Below, piece after piece: positions 51,320 to 60,742 of a stretch of 64,000 nt of DNA. Every line of letters starts with the position of its first letter. The stretch's first letter is position 1. Source of the DNA: Candidatus Eiseniibacteriota bacterium (lineage in GTDB: Bacteria > Eisenbacteria > RBG-16-71-46); contig CAVZLN010000003.1 of assembly GCA_963776245.1 (NCBI GenBank), positions 320,001 to 384,000 on the forward strand, written 5' to 3'. Both the position numbers and the translations under genes were made by a program. The notes below the pieces were generated by a model. It made no database searches and was not told the DNA's origin. It worked only from the letters and a program-made list of their open reading frames with translations.

Positions 51320-52324
51320 TCAGGCGCCCTGCCGGTGGCACTGACGGCACATCTCGCGGAATGTACCGCCGTCTCCCTCGTCTGTCACCGTGCCCGTGCC
51401 CTTCATGTAGATCAGGCCGAACCCGTTGGCATTGCCGTGCGCCTTGTGGCACGTGAAGCACGAGGGCGTCAGGGTGTTGTCCGTCGGCGCCCCGGTCCAC
51501 AGGCCCTGGGAGTCCATCATCTTCAGCCTGTTCGTGTAAGCGGCGTACTGCGTCAGCGAGCTGCCCGTCAGGTTGGCGCCAGCCGTCGGGTGGCGGATGA
51601 AGTCCGTCCCGTTGTTCATGTTGGCGTCGGTCTCCAGACCGTGGAACAGCACGTGGCAGTTCTGGCACCACGCGCCGTACGCGCTGTTGGTGGGATCGGG
51701 CTCGTTGAAGTCCACGTCAGCCGGCCCGTAGCTCGCCGGTCCGCCGCGCTCCCACACGTCCGCCGTCAGGTCGTTGGCGCCCGACACGTAGGTGATGGTG
51801 TCGCCGAAGAAGAGCCCCGCGCTCGTCCGGAACCGGAGATTGCGGTAGGCGACGTTGCCATGCACCGAGTGGCAGGTGGTGCACACCAAGCCGTCGGTCG
51901 AGGGGACGTACAGGCTGCCCGTGCCGCCCGGAGGCGTCGCGGTCGAGAACAGGGTGTGGCCGTCGATCTCGTCGTACCCGGCGGGATTGGTGAGCGGCGG
52001 GTGGCCGGCCGCGACATTGAGACCGCCTGCCTGCCGAGCGGTGCCGGTGATGTTGTCGCCGAACACGTCCGGAGCCCAGGCGATGCCGTCGTGGCACGAG
52101 AGGCAGAGATTCACTTCCGTGTTGCGGAGCAGACGGCCGAACGGGCCACCGGTGCCGAGCGGGGTGTAGATCCCGCCGCTGGTGTAGCCGTGCTGCATGC
52201 TGTAGTGCGCGGTGTGGCAGTCGCTGCAGATGAGCGTCGTGCTCTTGTGGTAATCGCCTGCCATGGCCACGGAGGCCACGCCCACCAGCAGCAGGGCCGG
52301 CAGGAGTACGATCAGGCGCTTCAT
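51320..52324 (-). CDS. Secreted hexaheme cytochrome c, OmcS-like candidate nanowire subunit
   Basis: Signal peptide, six CxxCH, and OmcS-like landmarks in order: YH, CSDCHTAH, CLSCH, GH..PPGGT, CTTCHSVHG, AYRNL, WCQNCH, RHP, CFTCHKAH, terminal CRQCH. Strong AAGGAG RBS. Confidence 0.85.
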   Translation of the reverse strand: MKRLIVLLPALLLVGVASVAMAGDYHKSTTLICSDCHTAHYSMQHGYTSGGIYTPLGTGGPFGRLLRNTEVNLCLSCHDGIAWAPDVFGDNITGTARQAGGLNVAAGHPPLTNPAGYDEIDGHTLFSTATPPGGTGSLYVPSTDGLVCTTCHSVHGNVAYRNLRFRTSAGLFFGDTITYVSGANDLTADVWERGGPASYGPADVDFNEPDPTNSAYGAWCQNCHVLFHGLETDANMNNGTDFIRHPTAGANLTGSSLTQYAAYTNRLKMMDSQGLWTGAPTDNTLTPSCFTCHKAHGNANGFGLIYMKGTGTVTDEGDGGTFREMCRQCHRQGA

Positions 52325-52447
52325 GGATTCACTCCTTCAGTGGACGACTGGAACGGAACTGGGTGTCCGATGGGAACGACCGTGACTACCTGCGGAACCG
52401 AGCGGCACCTCCTTTCGGGCCGCGGGCTGCGGCACGGACGCGCATGA

Positions 52448-53482
52448 TCAGCGTACCCACATCAGCTGGAACCGGCTTCCCGCGTTCTCCGCGAGCGCCA
52501 ACAGTCCCTTGCCATCGCTGGCCAGCGCGCTGGGGTTGATGAACTCACCGAGACCCACCCCGAACCCACCCACTGCCCCCAACAGGCTCCCGGCCGAATC
52601 GAAGACCTGGATCGAATGCCGGATCGCATCGCTCACCCACAACCGCCCATCCCCCGTGACCGCGATGCCCGACGGGAACGAGAAATTGCCGGGACCGATG
52701 TCATGCACACCGAAGCCCCGGATGTAACCACCCCTGGAATCGAAGATCTGGATCGCGAGCTGGGTGCGCGCGCATCCCACCACCACGTCGCCCGCGGGCG
52801 TGAGCGCCATCGAGGAGATGGCCGAGAGCTGTCCGGGGTCGGCCCCCGACGTGCCCCACGCGCCCTTGAACCGGTAGTCCGCGTCGAACTGGTAGATCCG
52901 GCCCTCTTTCCCGCGCGCCGCCACCCAGATGTCGCCGTCGGCGCCCACGGCGAGCACGCCGGGGCCGTGGCCGCCCGCGATGGTGTCGTCCGGCGCCGGC
53001 AGGCGCAGGCGCGCGACGGTGCGGCCGCGATAGTCGACCACGTCGACGTACGAGGCGAGCAGGTCGGAGACGAGGACGTTGCCCTCGCGATCCACCGCGA
53101 GGAACGCCGGCAGCCCGTCATGCGTGTCGGAGCCCGCCGGGCCGGGCACGCGATGGACGAAGTAGCCACGCGGGAAGGTCTTGAGGTCGAAGAACTCGAC
53201 GCGGTGGAGGTTGGTGTTGGCGACCACCACCTCGCCATGCTCGACGTCGAGGGCGATGCCCTGCGGCCCGCTGAAGTAGGCACCGCCGTTCGCGTATCCG
53301 AGCACCAGCACCGAATCGATCCCGGGCTCGTCAGCCGCGCGGCACGGGGTGACCAGCGCACCGATCGACAGGCTGGCCAGGAGCAGGGCACCGCTGGCGC
53401 AGGCCAGACCGCGACCCACCCGCTGGGCGGGGGCTCCGGTCCGGTAAGCCCGCTCGCGAGTCCGGCCCTGCTGACTCGCCAT
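52448..53482 (-). CDS. Exported NHL-repeat beta-propeller protein
   Basis: Repeats 'FSGPQGIALD', 'PAFLAVD', 'FSFPSGIAV...LWVSD...IQVFD', 'FINPSALA'. GGAGGAGG RBS before ATG 53482. Confidence 0.88.
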   Translation of the reverse strand: MASQQGRTRERAYRTGAPAQRVGRGLACASGALLLASLSIGALVTPCRAADEPGIDSVLVLGYANGGAYFSGPQGIALDVEHGEVVVANTNLHRVEFFDLKTFPRGYFVHRVPGPAGSDTHDGLPAFLAVDREGNVLVSDLLASYVDVVDYRGRTVARLRLPAPDDTIAGGHGPGVLAVGADGDIWVAARGKEGRIYQFDADYRFKGAWGTSGADPGQLSAISSMALTPAGDVVVGCARTQLAIQIFDSRGGYIRGFGVHDIGPGNFSFPSGIAVTGDGRLWVSDAIRHSIQVFDSAGSLLGAVGGFGVGLGEFINPSALASDGKGLLALAENAGSRFQLMWVR

Positions 53483-53590
53483 GGCGACCTCCTCCGAGGG
53501 GACAGCGCGACTGGCTGCGGTGGTCTGGTCCCACCCGGCTGCGGGAGGGGGACTGGGCGCGGTTCGCGCCTTGTTCCACAGTTCACTAGG

Positions 53591-53605
53591 GCAATGCTTG
53601 TGCCA
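53591..53605 (-). promoter_or_regulatory. Sigma54 (RpoN) -24/-12 promoter of the cytochrome operon
   Basis: Minus strand TGGCAC-AAGCA-TTGC matches the consensus TGGCAC-N5-TTGC. Confidence 0.8.
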
Positions 53606-53727
53606 TCCGTAGTTACACGGAGTGCACCCCTTGATTATCGACTCAATCCCACTGGGGCGCAACGGATAAGGGGGGCAAGTCCGGGGCGCCCCGGAGAGGC
53701 GATCGATCCCGGCCCGTGGATTCCGGA

Positions 53728-53772
53728 TGACAGGCTGGCATATGTGCCTATCCGCTTCCTGACAGACTGGCC
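53728..53772. promoter_or_regulatory. Tandem imperfect palindromes, putative enhancer (UAS) sites
   Basis: TGACAG-G-CTGGCA at 53728 and TGACAG-A-CTGGCC at 53760, 32 bp apart. Confidence 0.55.
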
Positions 53773-54113
53773 TACGCTGAACATTCGCACGCACATGGAG
53801 GGCACGGCGCAGGTGGAATATGATGCCAGCCGCACCGCCTCGGGGGAGCCGGATCCGGCCCCGCGGACCCGGCGCCGCCCGGCCCGCCCCACCCGCACTA
53901 ACTCCGCGCGGTCAGCGAAGGTGCCCGTCGAGGCGGCGGGGCGTCCTCGGCCCTGTCACGAGCGCACACCGCATCGGCCTGTCATGCCCATGACATCGAT
54001 GGCGGGGGCCGATCCGTCGACCCATGCACCCGGTCCACCCCGGGCACGAATCTCGCAGCATGCACGGCGGTCGCTCCGCCGCCGCACGGTTTCAACCCCC
54101 AGAGGTCCATGAC

Positions 54114-56315
54114 ATGAACCCCGGCGATCTGCTGGTCCGACTCGGATTCCTCACCGCTGCGGCTGCGACCGTCCTGTTCTTCCCCGCCCTGCGCGGCCGC
54201 TCGCGCGCCACCGCCGGCGCGTGGGTATTCACCGCGCACACCGCGATGCTCCTGATCGCGCTCGCGCTGCTCGCGTCCCACTTCCTCGCTCATCGATTCG
54301 AATTCGCCTACGTCGCGCAGTATTCGTCGCGCGCGCTCTCGCCCGCGCTCACGTTCGCTGCGCTGTGGGCCGGCCAGGAAGGCAGCATCCTGCTGTGGGC
54401 CGCGATCGGGGGCGCACTCGGCCTGTTCCTGCTGGTGCAGCCCGGGCCGCTGAGCCGCCCGGCGATGTTCTTCGCGAGCCTCGCGCAGGTGTTCCTGAAC
54501 CTCCTGCTGATCGTGCGCAGCCCGTTCGCGCTCAGCGCGGTCGTCCCGCCCGACGGCCAGGGGCTCAATCCCCTGCTCGAGGACCCGTGGATGGTCACGC
54601 ATCCGCCGGTCCTGTTCATCGGCTACGCCGCCATGCTCATGCCCTTCGCGCTCGCGGCCGCCGCCCTGGTGCGCCACGAGTACCGGGACTGGAACCGGCA
54701 GGTGTGGCCATGGACGCTGTTCGCGGTGGTGACCCTCGGCACCGGGATCGTGCTCGGCGGGATCTGGGCCTACAAGACGCTGGGCTGGGGCGGCTACTGG
54801 GGCTGGGACCCGGTCGAGAACGCGTCGCTGGTCCCATGGTTGCTCGCGGTCGCGCTGCTCCACGGACTGCTCATCCAGCGCACGCTCGGTGCCATCGTGC
54901 GCACCAACCTGGTGCTCGCGATGCTCGGCTGGGCGACCACCATCGGCGGCACCTACCTCACCCGCAGCGGCGTGCTCGCCGACTTCTCGGTGCACTCGTT
55001 CCCGGATACCGGGCTCACCCTGCCGCTCACCGCGTGGCTGGTGCTCACCACGTTCTTCGGTGCCGCCATGCTCGGCGCGCGCTGGCGCACCATCGACGCC
55101 AGCAGCGCGAACTGGATGAACGTGAGCCGGGAGACCGCCCTGTGGCTCGGTCTCATGACCGTGCTGGTGTTCGCGGTGCTGGTGGCGATCGGCACCACCA
55201 TGCCGCTGCTCACGTCGATCGCGGGCAGACCCGCGAACGTGCAGAACACGTTCTACCACGGCGTCTCGGTGCCGCTCTGCCTCGCCATCCTGCTGCTCAT
55301 GGCACTCGCGCCCGCGCTGCGCTGGACGCGGCAGCAGGGGCTCTCGTGGCTCACGCTGCTGCCGCCCGGCCTGGTGGCGGGCGTGGTCGCGCTCGGCATC
55401 GCGGTGCCCGCGGGGCTGCGCGATCCGATGTGGCTGGTGCTGCTGTTCGCCACCGCGCTCGCGCTCGGCGTCAATCTGTGGATGGCGATGCGCCTGTTCA
55501 ATCGCGGGTGGATGTTCGGCGCCGGATACCTGGGCCACGTGGGCGTCGCGGTGATGGCGCTCGGCATCGCGGTCTCCGCCTCGATGGGCAGGACGGCGCG
55601 GCTGACGCTGCCACAGGGCCAGCCGGTGACGTCGCTCGGCTACACGCTCACCTTCGCGGGACACCAGACCGACGCGCGCGGCGCCAAGCACCTGGCGGTG
55701 CGCGTCGAAAAGGGCTCCTACGGATTCGACGCCCGCGCCAAGCTCATGGAGTCGCCGCGCGGCGACGGCCTGATCCGCAACCCGGCCATCGACCTGATGC
55801 ACGACATCTACCTGTCGCCGCTCGACGTGAAGAAGCCCGAGGTGACCCCCGAGAACGGTGCGACCTGGCTGCCCAGGAACCAGCGGGTCGAGGTGGCCGG
55901 CGTGGGCTACACGCTCGAGGCTCTCCGCATGGAGAGCGGCAAGGAGATGCGCGCCTATGCCGACATCTCGGTGCAGCGGGGTGACCGGACGATCCGCGTC
56001 TCGCCCTACCTGCTGGCGGGCCCGCAGGGCTCCCAGCCGGTGAGCGCCAGCGTCCCGGAGCTCGGCGAGGTGAGCATCGTGCGCCTCGACGCCGACAACG
56101 GCCGCGTCGCCGCCATGCTCCCGGGCGCGGTGGCCTCCGGCGGCGAGATCGCGCTGGTGGAGTTCAGCACCAAGCCGCTGGTGAACCTGGTGTGGATCGG
56201 CGCGCTCCTCACGCTCCTCGGCGCGGCGTTGGCGGGGATACGGCGCGCCTCCGAGCAGCGCGCCCAGGCCACGCGAGCGCCGCGGGTCGCGCAGGTGAGT
56301 CCGCAGACCGCCTGA
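54114..56315 (+). CDS. ccmF: Cytochrome c heme lyase CcmF/NrfE family
   Basis: 'ALWAGQEGS', 'GQGLNPLL', 'HPPVLFIGY', WWD domain 'WAY..LGWGGYWGWDPVENASL.PW', 'TRSGV...SVHSF', 'KPLVNLVW'. Confidence 0.93.
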   Translation: MNPGDLLVRLGFLTAAAATVLFFPALRGRSRATAGAWVFTAHTAMLLIALALLASHFLAHRFEFAYVAQYSSRALSPALTFAALWAGQEGSILLWAAIGGALGLFLLVQPGPLSRPAMFFASLAQVFLNLLLIVRSPFALSAVVPPDGQGLNPLLEDPWMVTHPPVLFIGYAAMLMPFALAAAALVRHEYRDWNRQVWPWTLFAVVTLGTGIVLGGIWAYKTLGWGGYWGWDPVENASLVPWLLAVALLHGLLIQRTLGAIVRTNLVLAMLGWATTIGGTYLTRSGVLADFSVHSFPDTGLTLPLTAWLVLTTFFGAAMLGARWRTIDASSANWMNVSRETALWLGLMTVLVFAVLVAIGTTMPLLTSIAGRPANVQNTFYHGVSVPLCLAILLLMALAPALRWTRQQGLSWLTLLPPGLVAGVVALGIAVPAGLRDPMWLVLLFATALALGVNLWMAMRLFNRGWMFGAGYLGHVGVAVMALGIAVSASMGRTARLTLPQGQPVTSLGYTLTFAGHQTDARGAKHLAVRVEKGSYGFDARAKLMESPRGDGLIRNPAIDLMHDIYLSPLDVKKPEVTPENGATWLPRNQRVEVAGVGYTLEALRMESGKEMRAYADISVQRGDRTIRVSPYLLAGPQGSQPVSASVPELGEVSIVRLDADNGRVAAMLPGAVASGGEIALVEFSTKPLVNLVWIGALLTLLGAALAGIRRASEQRAQATRAPRVAQVSPQTA

Positions 56316-56526
56316 CGGTCGGGGAGGTCGCGCGCCCGCGGGTCCGGTCACGGATCCGCGGGCGTTCCCTTTTCAACGCACACACGTTTTTCCGCTGACG
56401 CGGACGCGTGGACCCGCTAGGTTGACGGCGGACGCGGGCCACCGAGGGTCCGCTTTCCGCAGTCGCTCCCGCGCGCGGCAGCCCCCGTGCGCCAGGTCGC
56501 CACACCCCAGGGACGAGGTGCCCCCC

Positions 56527-58629
56527 ATGCGATGGTCTCCGATCCTTCGCGCGCTGTTCGCTGTCCGCTCCCTACGCGCCCCGCTGCTCGCCATGGTCGC
56601 CGCGCTCACCGTGCCGGTCGCCGCGCTCGCGCTCACCGGCAACGGGAAACTCCAGATCCACCACATCGATGTCGGCCAGGGCGACGGCATGCTGCTGGTC
56701 TCCCCCAGCGGACAGACCGCGCTGTTCGACGACGGCAACTACCTGAACTGCAGCGGCATCAAGGCCTACCTCCAGGGGCTCGGTGTCACCTCGGTGGACT
56801 ACCATTTCTGCAGCCACTACCACTCCGACCACCTCGGCTGCATCGACGACCTCGCCGCCGTGAACATCGTGATCGGCACGGCCGGGTGGGATCGCGGGTA
56901 CTCGTACTCGTCCGGGACCTACACCGCCTACGTCACCACCCTCGGCGCCCGGCGCCGCACGCTCGTCAAGGGCCAGGTCGTCACCCTCGACTCGCTCGCG
57001 GCCGACCCCGTGCGCATCACCTGCGTGGATCTCAACGGCGCGGGCGTGTACTCGCCCACCGGGGCCGACGAGAACTCCAAGAGCGTGGTCCTCAAGGTGA
57101 CCTATGGCGCGTTCGACGAGGTCATCGCCGGGGACCTGACCGGCGATCCGGCCAGCGGCAATGATGTCGAGACCACGGTCGGGCCCGAGGTGGGCGACGT
57201 GGAGGTCTACAAGGTCCACCACCACGGCTCGCGCTACTCGAGCAATGACAACTGGCTCACCGCGGTGACGCCCGAGGTGGGGATCATCCAGGTCGGCAAT
57301 GGCAACTCGTACGGCCACCCGACACTCGACGCGCTCACGCGCCTGCACAACCACGGCGTGAAGACCTATTGGACCGAGACGGGCGCGGGCGCCACACCCG
57401 ATCCGGCGTGGGACAAGGTCGCCAACGGCGCGGTGGTGGTGGAGGCCGTCCCGACCGCGGGGGGCACCTTCACCGTGACCGGCAACGGCTTCGCCGACAA
57501 CTACACCATCGGCGGCGGGGGTGGCCCGGTCTACTCGAGCGACACCCGCGTGGCTTCCTCCGTCACGATGCTCCAGGGCACCGTGACCTCCGGCTCGGTC
57601 GCCAACCTGGCGGCCAACGACGCCTCCCGCACGACGGTCACGTCCGCCAAGGTGGGCACCACCTACCGGACCGACTGGTACGGGTCGGTGGTGCTCGCCC
57701 ATCCCGCCACCTCGCTCACGCTGACGTACGACGGGAATCACTCGGTGAGTCGCACGCAGACGCTGCACCTCTGGAACTGGACCACCAGCGCGTGGGTCCA
57801 GGTGGACCAGGCCACCGTGAGCACCAGCGACGTCACGCGCAGCTTCACCACCACGAGCCCGGCGGTCTATGTCTCGCCGGCCGGGGAGGTGCGCGTGCGC
57901 GTGCTCGCCAACACCCGGTCGTCCTCGTACACCTGCCGCGCCGACTACCTCGCCATCCGCTACCAGTACCTGCAGGGCACGGGGATCACCCTGCCGATCG
58001 CCGACTTCCGCGCCTGGCCGGCCATCGAGGATCGCGACCGGCTCTATCTTCCGCAGTCGGTCCTGCTGCGGGCGGACGCGGCGGCGGACGAGCGCGGCGC
58101 GGTGCTCACCTGGTCGGTGCTGAAGACCGATCACGTGGACGGGTTCAACGTCTACCGCGAGGATGGCGAGGGGAACCGGGTGCATGTCGGCGAGGAGGCG
58201 CTCATCGACCTGGCCGGGAGCGAAGCGGTGTTCCGCTACGTCGACCCCGCGGGCGCGGCGCTCGGGGGGACCTACTGGCTCGGGGCGCGCTCGTGCTCGG
58301 GGCCCGAAGGCCTGATCGGGCCATTCCAGGTCGTGCCATCCTCCGGCGCGACGGAGCTCGCGCTGGCAGTGAGTCCGAACCCGGCGCCGCGGGCGGCGCG
58401 GCTGTCGTTCACTCTGCCTCGCGAGTCCGCGGTGCGACTGTCGGTGTTCGACCTGCAGGGCCGTCGGGTGGCGACGCCGTTCGCCGGGCTCGCGCCGGCC
58501 GGTCCCAACGCGGTGGAGTGGAGCCTGCGGGACGAGAGCGGCCAGCGCGTCCGGCCCGGGCTCTACTTCGCGCGGTTCGAGGGTCTGGGGCGCACGTGGG
58601 TGACGCGGGTGATCGTGACCGACCGTTAA
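56527..58629 (+). CDS. Secreted ComEC-type metallo-beta-lactamase-fold hydrolase with C-terminal FlgD/T9SS-like domain
   Basis: 'IDVGQGDG', 'SHYHSDHLG', 'ENSKS', 'GDL', 'KVHHHGS', 'NSYGHP'; C-terminus 'SPNP...VFDLQGRRV...PGLYF'. Confidence 0.85.
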   Translation: MRWSPILRALFAVRSLRAPLLAMVAALTVPVAALALTGNGKLQIHHIDVGQGDGMLLVSPSGQTALFDDGNYLNCSGIKAYLQGLGVTSVDYHFCSHYHSDHLGCIDDLAAVNIVIGTAGWDRGYSYSSGTYTAYVTTLGARRRTLVKGQVVTLDSLAADPVRITCVDLNGAGVYSPTGADENSKSVVLKVTYGAFDEVIAGDLTGDPASGNDVETTVGPEVGDVEVYKVHHHGSRYSSNDNWLTAVTPEVGIIQVGNGNSYGHPTLDALTRLHNHGVKTYWTETGAGATPDPAWDKVANGAVVVEAVPTAGGTFTVTGNGFADNYTIGGGGGPVYSSDTRVASSVTMLQGTVTSGSVANLAANDASRTTVTSAKVGTTYRTDWYGSVVLAHPATSLTLTYDGNHSVSRTQTLHLWNWTTSAWVQVDQATVSTSDVTRSFTTTSPAVYVSPAGEVRVRVLANTRSSSYTCRADYLAIRYQYLQGTGITLPIADFRAWPAIEDRDRLYLPQSVLLRADAAADERGAVLTWSVLKTDHVDGFNVYREDGEGNRVHVGEEALIDLAGSEAVFRYVDPAGAALGGTYWLGARSCSGPEGLIGPFQVVPSSGATELALAVSPNPAPRAARLSFTLPRESAVRLSVFDLQGRRVATPFAGLAPAGPNAVEWSLRDESGQRVRPGLYFARFEGLGRTWVTRVIVTDR

Positions 58630-58708
58630 ACCCGCGGTGCCGGGGCTGTCCGTGCGAGCGACCGCGCGCATGGACAGCCCTTGCGCCGCGACCTACCATG
58701 CCCCATCC

Positions 58709-60640
58709 ATGAGCGCGCCCTCCACCACGTCCTCGCCCGGACCGTTCCTCACCGACTACGACCTGCACCTGTTCTCCGAAGGCACGCACGACCGGCTCTA
58801 CGACAAGCTCGGAGCGCACCTCGTCTCGGTGGACGGCCGTGCCGGTACGCGCTTCGCCGTGTGGGCTCCCAACGCCCGCGCGGTCTGGGTGATCGGCGAC
58901 TTCAACGGCTGGCAGCCCGGCGTCCACGGTCTGGCGCCGCGCGGGTCGTCCGGCGTCTGGGAGGGCTTCGTCCCCGGGGTCGGCCACGGCGCGCTCTACA
59001 AGTTCCGCATCGAGTCGCAACACCATGGCTTCGCGGCCGAGAAATCCGACCCGTTCGCGTTCCACGCCGAGTTGCGGCCGCGAACCGCCTCGGTGGTGTG
59101 GAACCTCGACGGCTACACGTGGGACGACGCGGGGTGGCTGGCGCAGCGCAGGAACGCGCATCGCCTCGACGCGCCGATCTCGATCTACGAGGTCCACCTC
59201 GGTTCGTGGATGCGCGTCCCGGAGGACGGCCACCGCTGGATGACCTACCGCGAGCTGGCGCCCCGGCTCGCCGCGTACGCGAAGGAACAGGGCTTCACCC
59301 ACGTCGAGCTGATGCCGATCACCGAGCATCCGCTCGATGGCTCGTGGGGCTATCAGACCACCGGCTACTTCGCCCCGACCAGCCGGTTCGGCACGCCCCA
59401 GGACTTCATGCACCTGGTCGACGTGCTGCACCAGCACGGCCTGGGCGTGATCCTCGACTGGGTGCCGGCGCATTTCCCGACCGACGGCCATGGCCTCGCC
59501 TACTTCGACGGCACGCACCTCTACGAGCACCAGGACCCGCGGCTCGGCCGGCACGAGGACTGGGGCACGCTCATCTACAACTACGGGCGCACCGAGGTCG
59601 CGAACTTCCTGATCTCGAACGCGCTCTTCTGGCTCGACCGTTACCACCTCGACGGGCTGCGCGTGGACGCGGTCGCCTCGATGCTCTACCTCGACTACTC
59701 GCGTAAGGCCGGGGAATGGGTCCCGAACGCGTTCGGCGGCCGCGAGAACCTCGCGGCGATCGCGTTCCTGCGGCGGCTGAACGAACGCGTGTACGGGCTG
59801 TTCCCCGACGTGATCACGTACGCCGAGGAATCCACCGCGTGGCCGGCGGTGTCGCGGCCGACCTACGTGGGCGGCCTCGGGTTCGGGCTCAAGTGGGACA
59901 TGGGGTGGATGCACGACACCCTGGTGTACGTCAGCAAGGATCCCATCCACCGGCGCTACCACCACGACCAGATCACCTTCCGCATGCTGTACGCGTTCAC
60001 CGAGAACTTCGTGCTCCCGCTCTCGCACGACGAGGTGGTGCACGGCAAGGGCTCGCTGCTCGACAAGATGCCCGGCGACCTGTGGCAGAAGTTCGCCAAC
60101 CTGCGCCTGCTGTTCGGCGACATGTTCGCGCAGCCCGGCAAGAAGCTCGTGTTCATGGGCGGCGAGATCGCGCAATGGCGGGAGTGGGGCCACGACACCA
60201 GTCTCGAATGGCACCTGCTCGAGCACGCGCCCCACCGCGGCGTGCAGCGCTGGGTGCGCGATCTGAACACCTTCTATCGCGGCTGCGCCGCGATGCACGA
60301 AGCCGACGCCGACGCGAGCGGCTTCGAGTGGGTGGACTGCCACGACGGCGACGCCAGCACGCTCTCGTTCCTGCGCCGGGGGCGCAGCCCGGACGATGTG
60401 GTGCTGTGCGTGTTCAATTTCACGCCCGTGCCGCGCGCGGGCTACCGCGTCGGGGTGCCGTGGGGCGGGCGGTGGGACGAGGTGCTGAACAGCGACGCCA
60501 CGCTGTACGGCGGCAGCGGCATGGGCAACGCCGGCGGAGTGCAGGCCGAGCCGGTGCCCCACCACGGCCGGCCGTGCTCGCTGCACATCACCGCGCCGCC
60601 GCTCGCGATGGTGGCGTTCCGGGGCCGGCGCTCCGGCTGA
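58709..60640 (+). CDS. glgB: 1,4-alpha-glucan branching enzyme
   Basis: 'FAVWAPNA', 'IYEVHLGSW', 'SWGYQ', 'DWVPAHFP', '[11 protein letters not shown]', 'AEESTAW', '[10 protein letters not shown]'. Confidence 0.96.
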   Translation: MSAPSTTSSPGPFLTDYDLHLFSEGTHDRLYDKLGAHLVSVDGRAGTRFAVWAPNARAVWVIGDFNGWQPGVHGLAPRGSSGVWEGFVPGVGHGALYKFRIESQHHGFAAEKSDPFAFHAELRPRTASVVWNLDGYTWDDAGWLAQRRNAHRLDAPISIYEVHLGSWMRVPEDGHRWMTYRELAPRLAAYAKEQGFTHVELMPITEHPLDGSWGYQTTGYFAPTSRFGTPQDFMHLVDVLHQHGLGVILDWVPAHFPTDGHGLAYFDGTHLYEHQDPRLGRHEDWGTLIYNYGRTEVANFLISNALFWLDRYHLDGLRVDAVASMLYLDYSRKAGEWVPNAFGGRENLAAIAFLRRLNERVYGLFPDVITYAEESTAWPAVSRPTYVGGLGFGLKWDMGWMHDTLVYVSKDPIHRRYHHDQITFRMLYAFTENFVLPLSHDEVVHGKGSLLDKMPGDLWQKFANLRLLFGDMFAQPGKKLVFMGGEIAQWREWGHDTSLEWHLLEHAPHRGVQRWVRDLNTFYRGCAAMHEADADASGFEWVDCHDGDASTLSFLRRGRSPDDVVLCVFNFTPVPRAGYRVGVPWGGRWDEVLNSDATLYGGSGMGNAGGVQAEPVPHHGRPCSLHITAPPLAMVAFRGRRSG

Positions 60641-60742
60641 GCGCGCCACCGACCGCCCCCCGGCTCCCGGGCGCTCGGGGGGACCGGGCGCACGGCACGA
60701 GGCCGCGCGCCCGATCTTCGGCCGGATCGCCTCCGGCCACTC

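Noticed and set aside
52325..52447. GEMM-I (c-di-GMP/cGAMP) riboswitch upstream of the OmcS-like gene, as in Geobacter
   Set aside because: I could not find the conserved two-hairpin core. An Infernal search would settle it.
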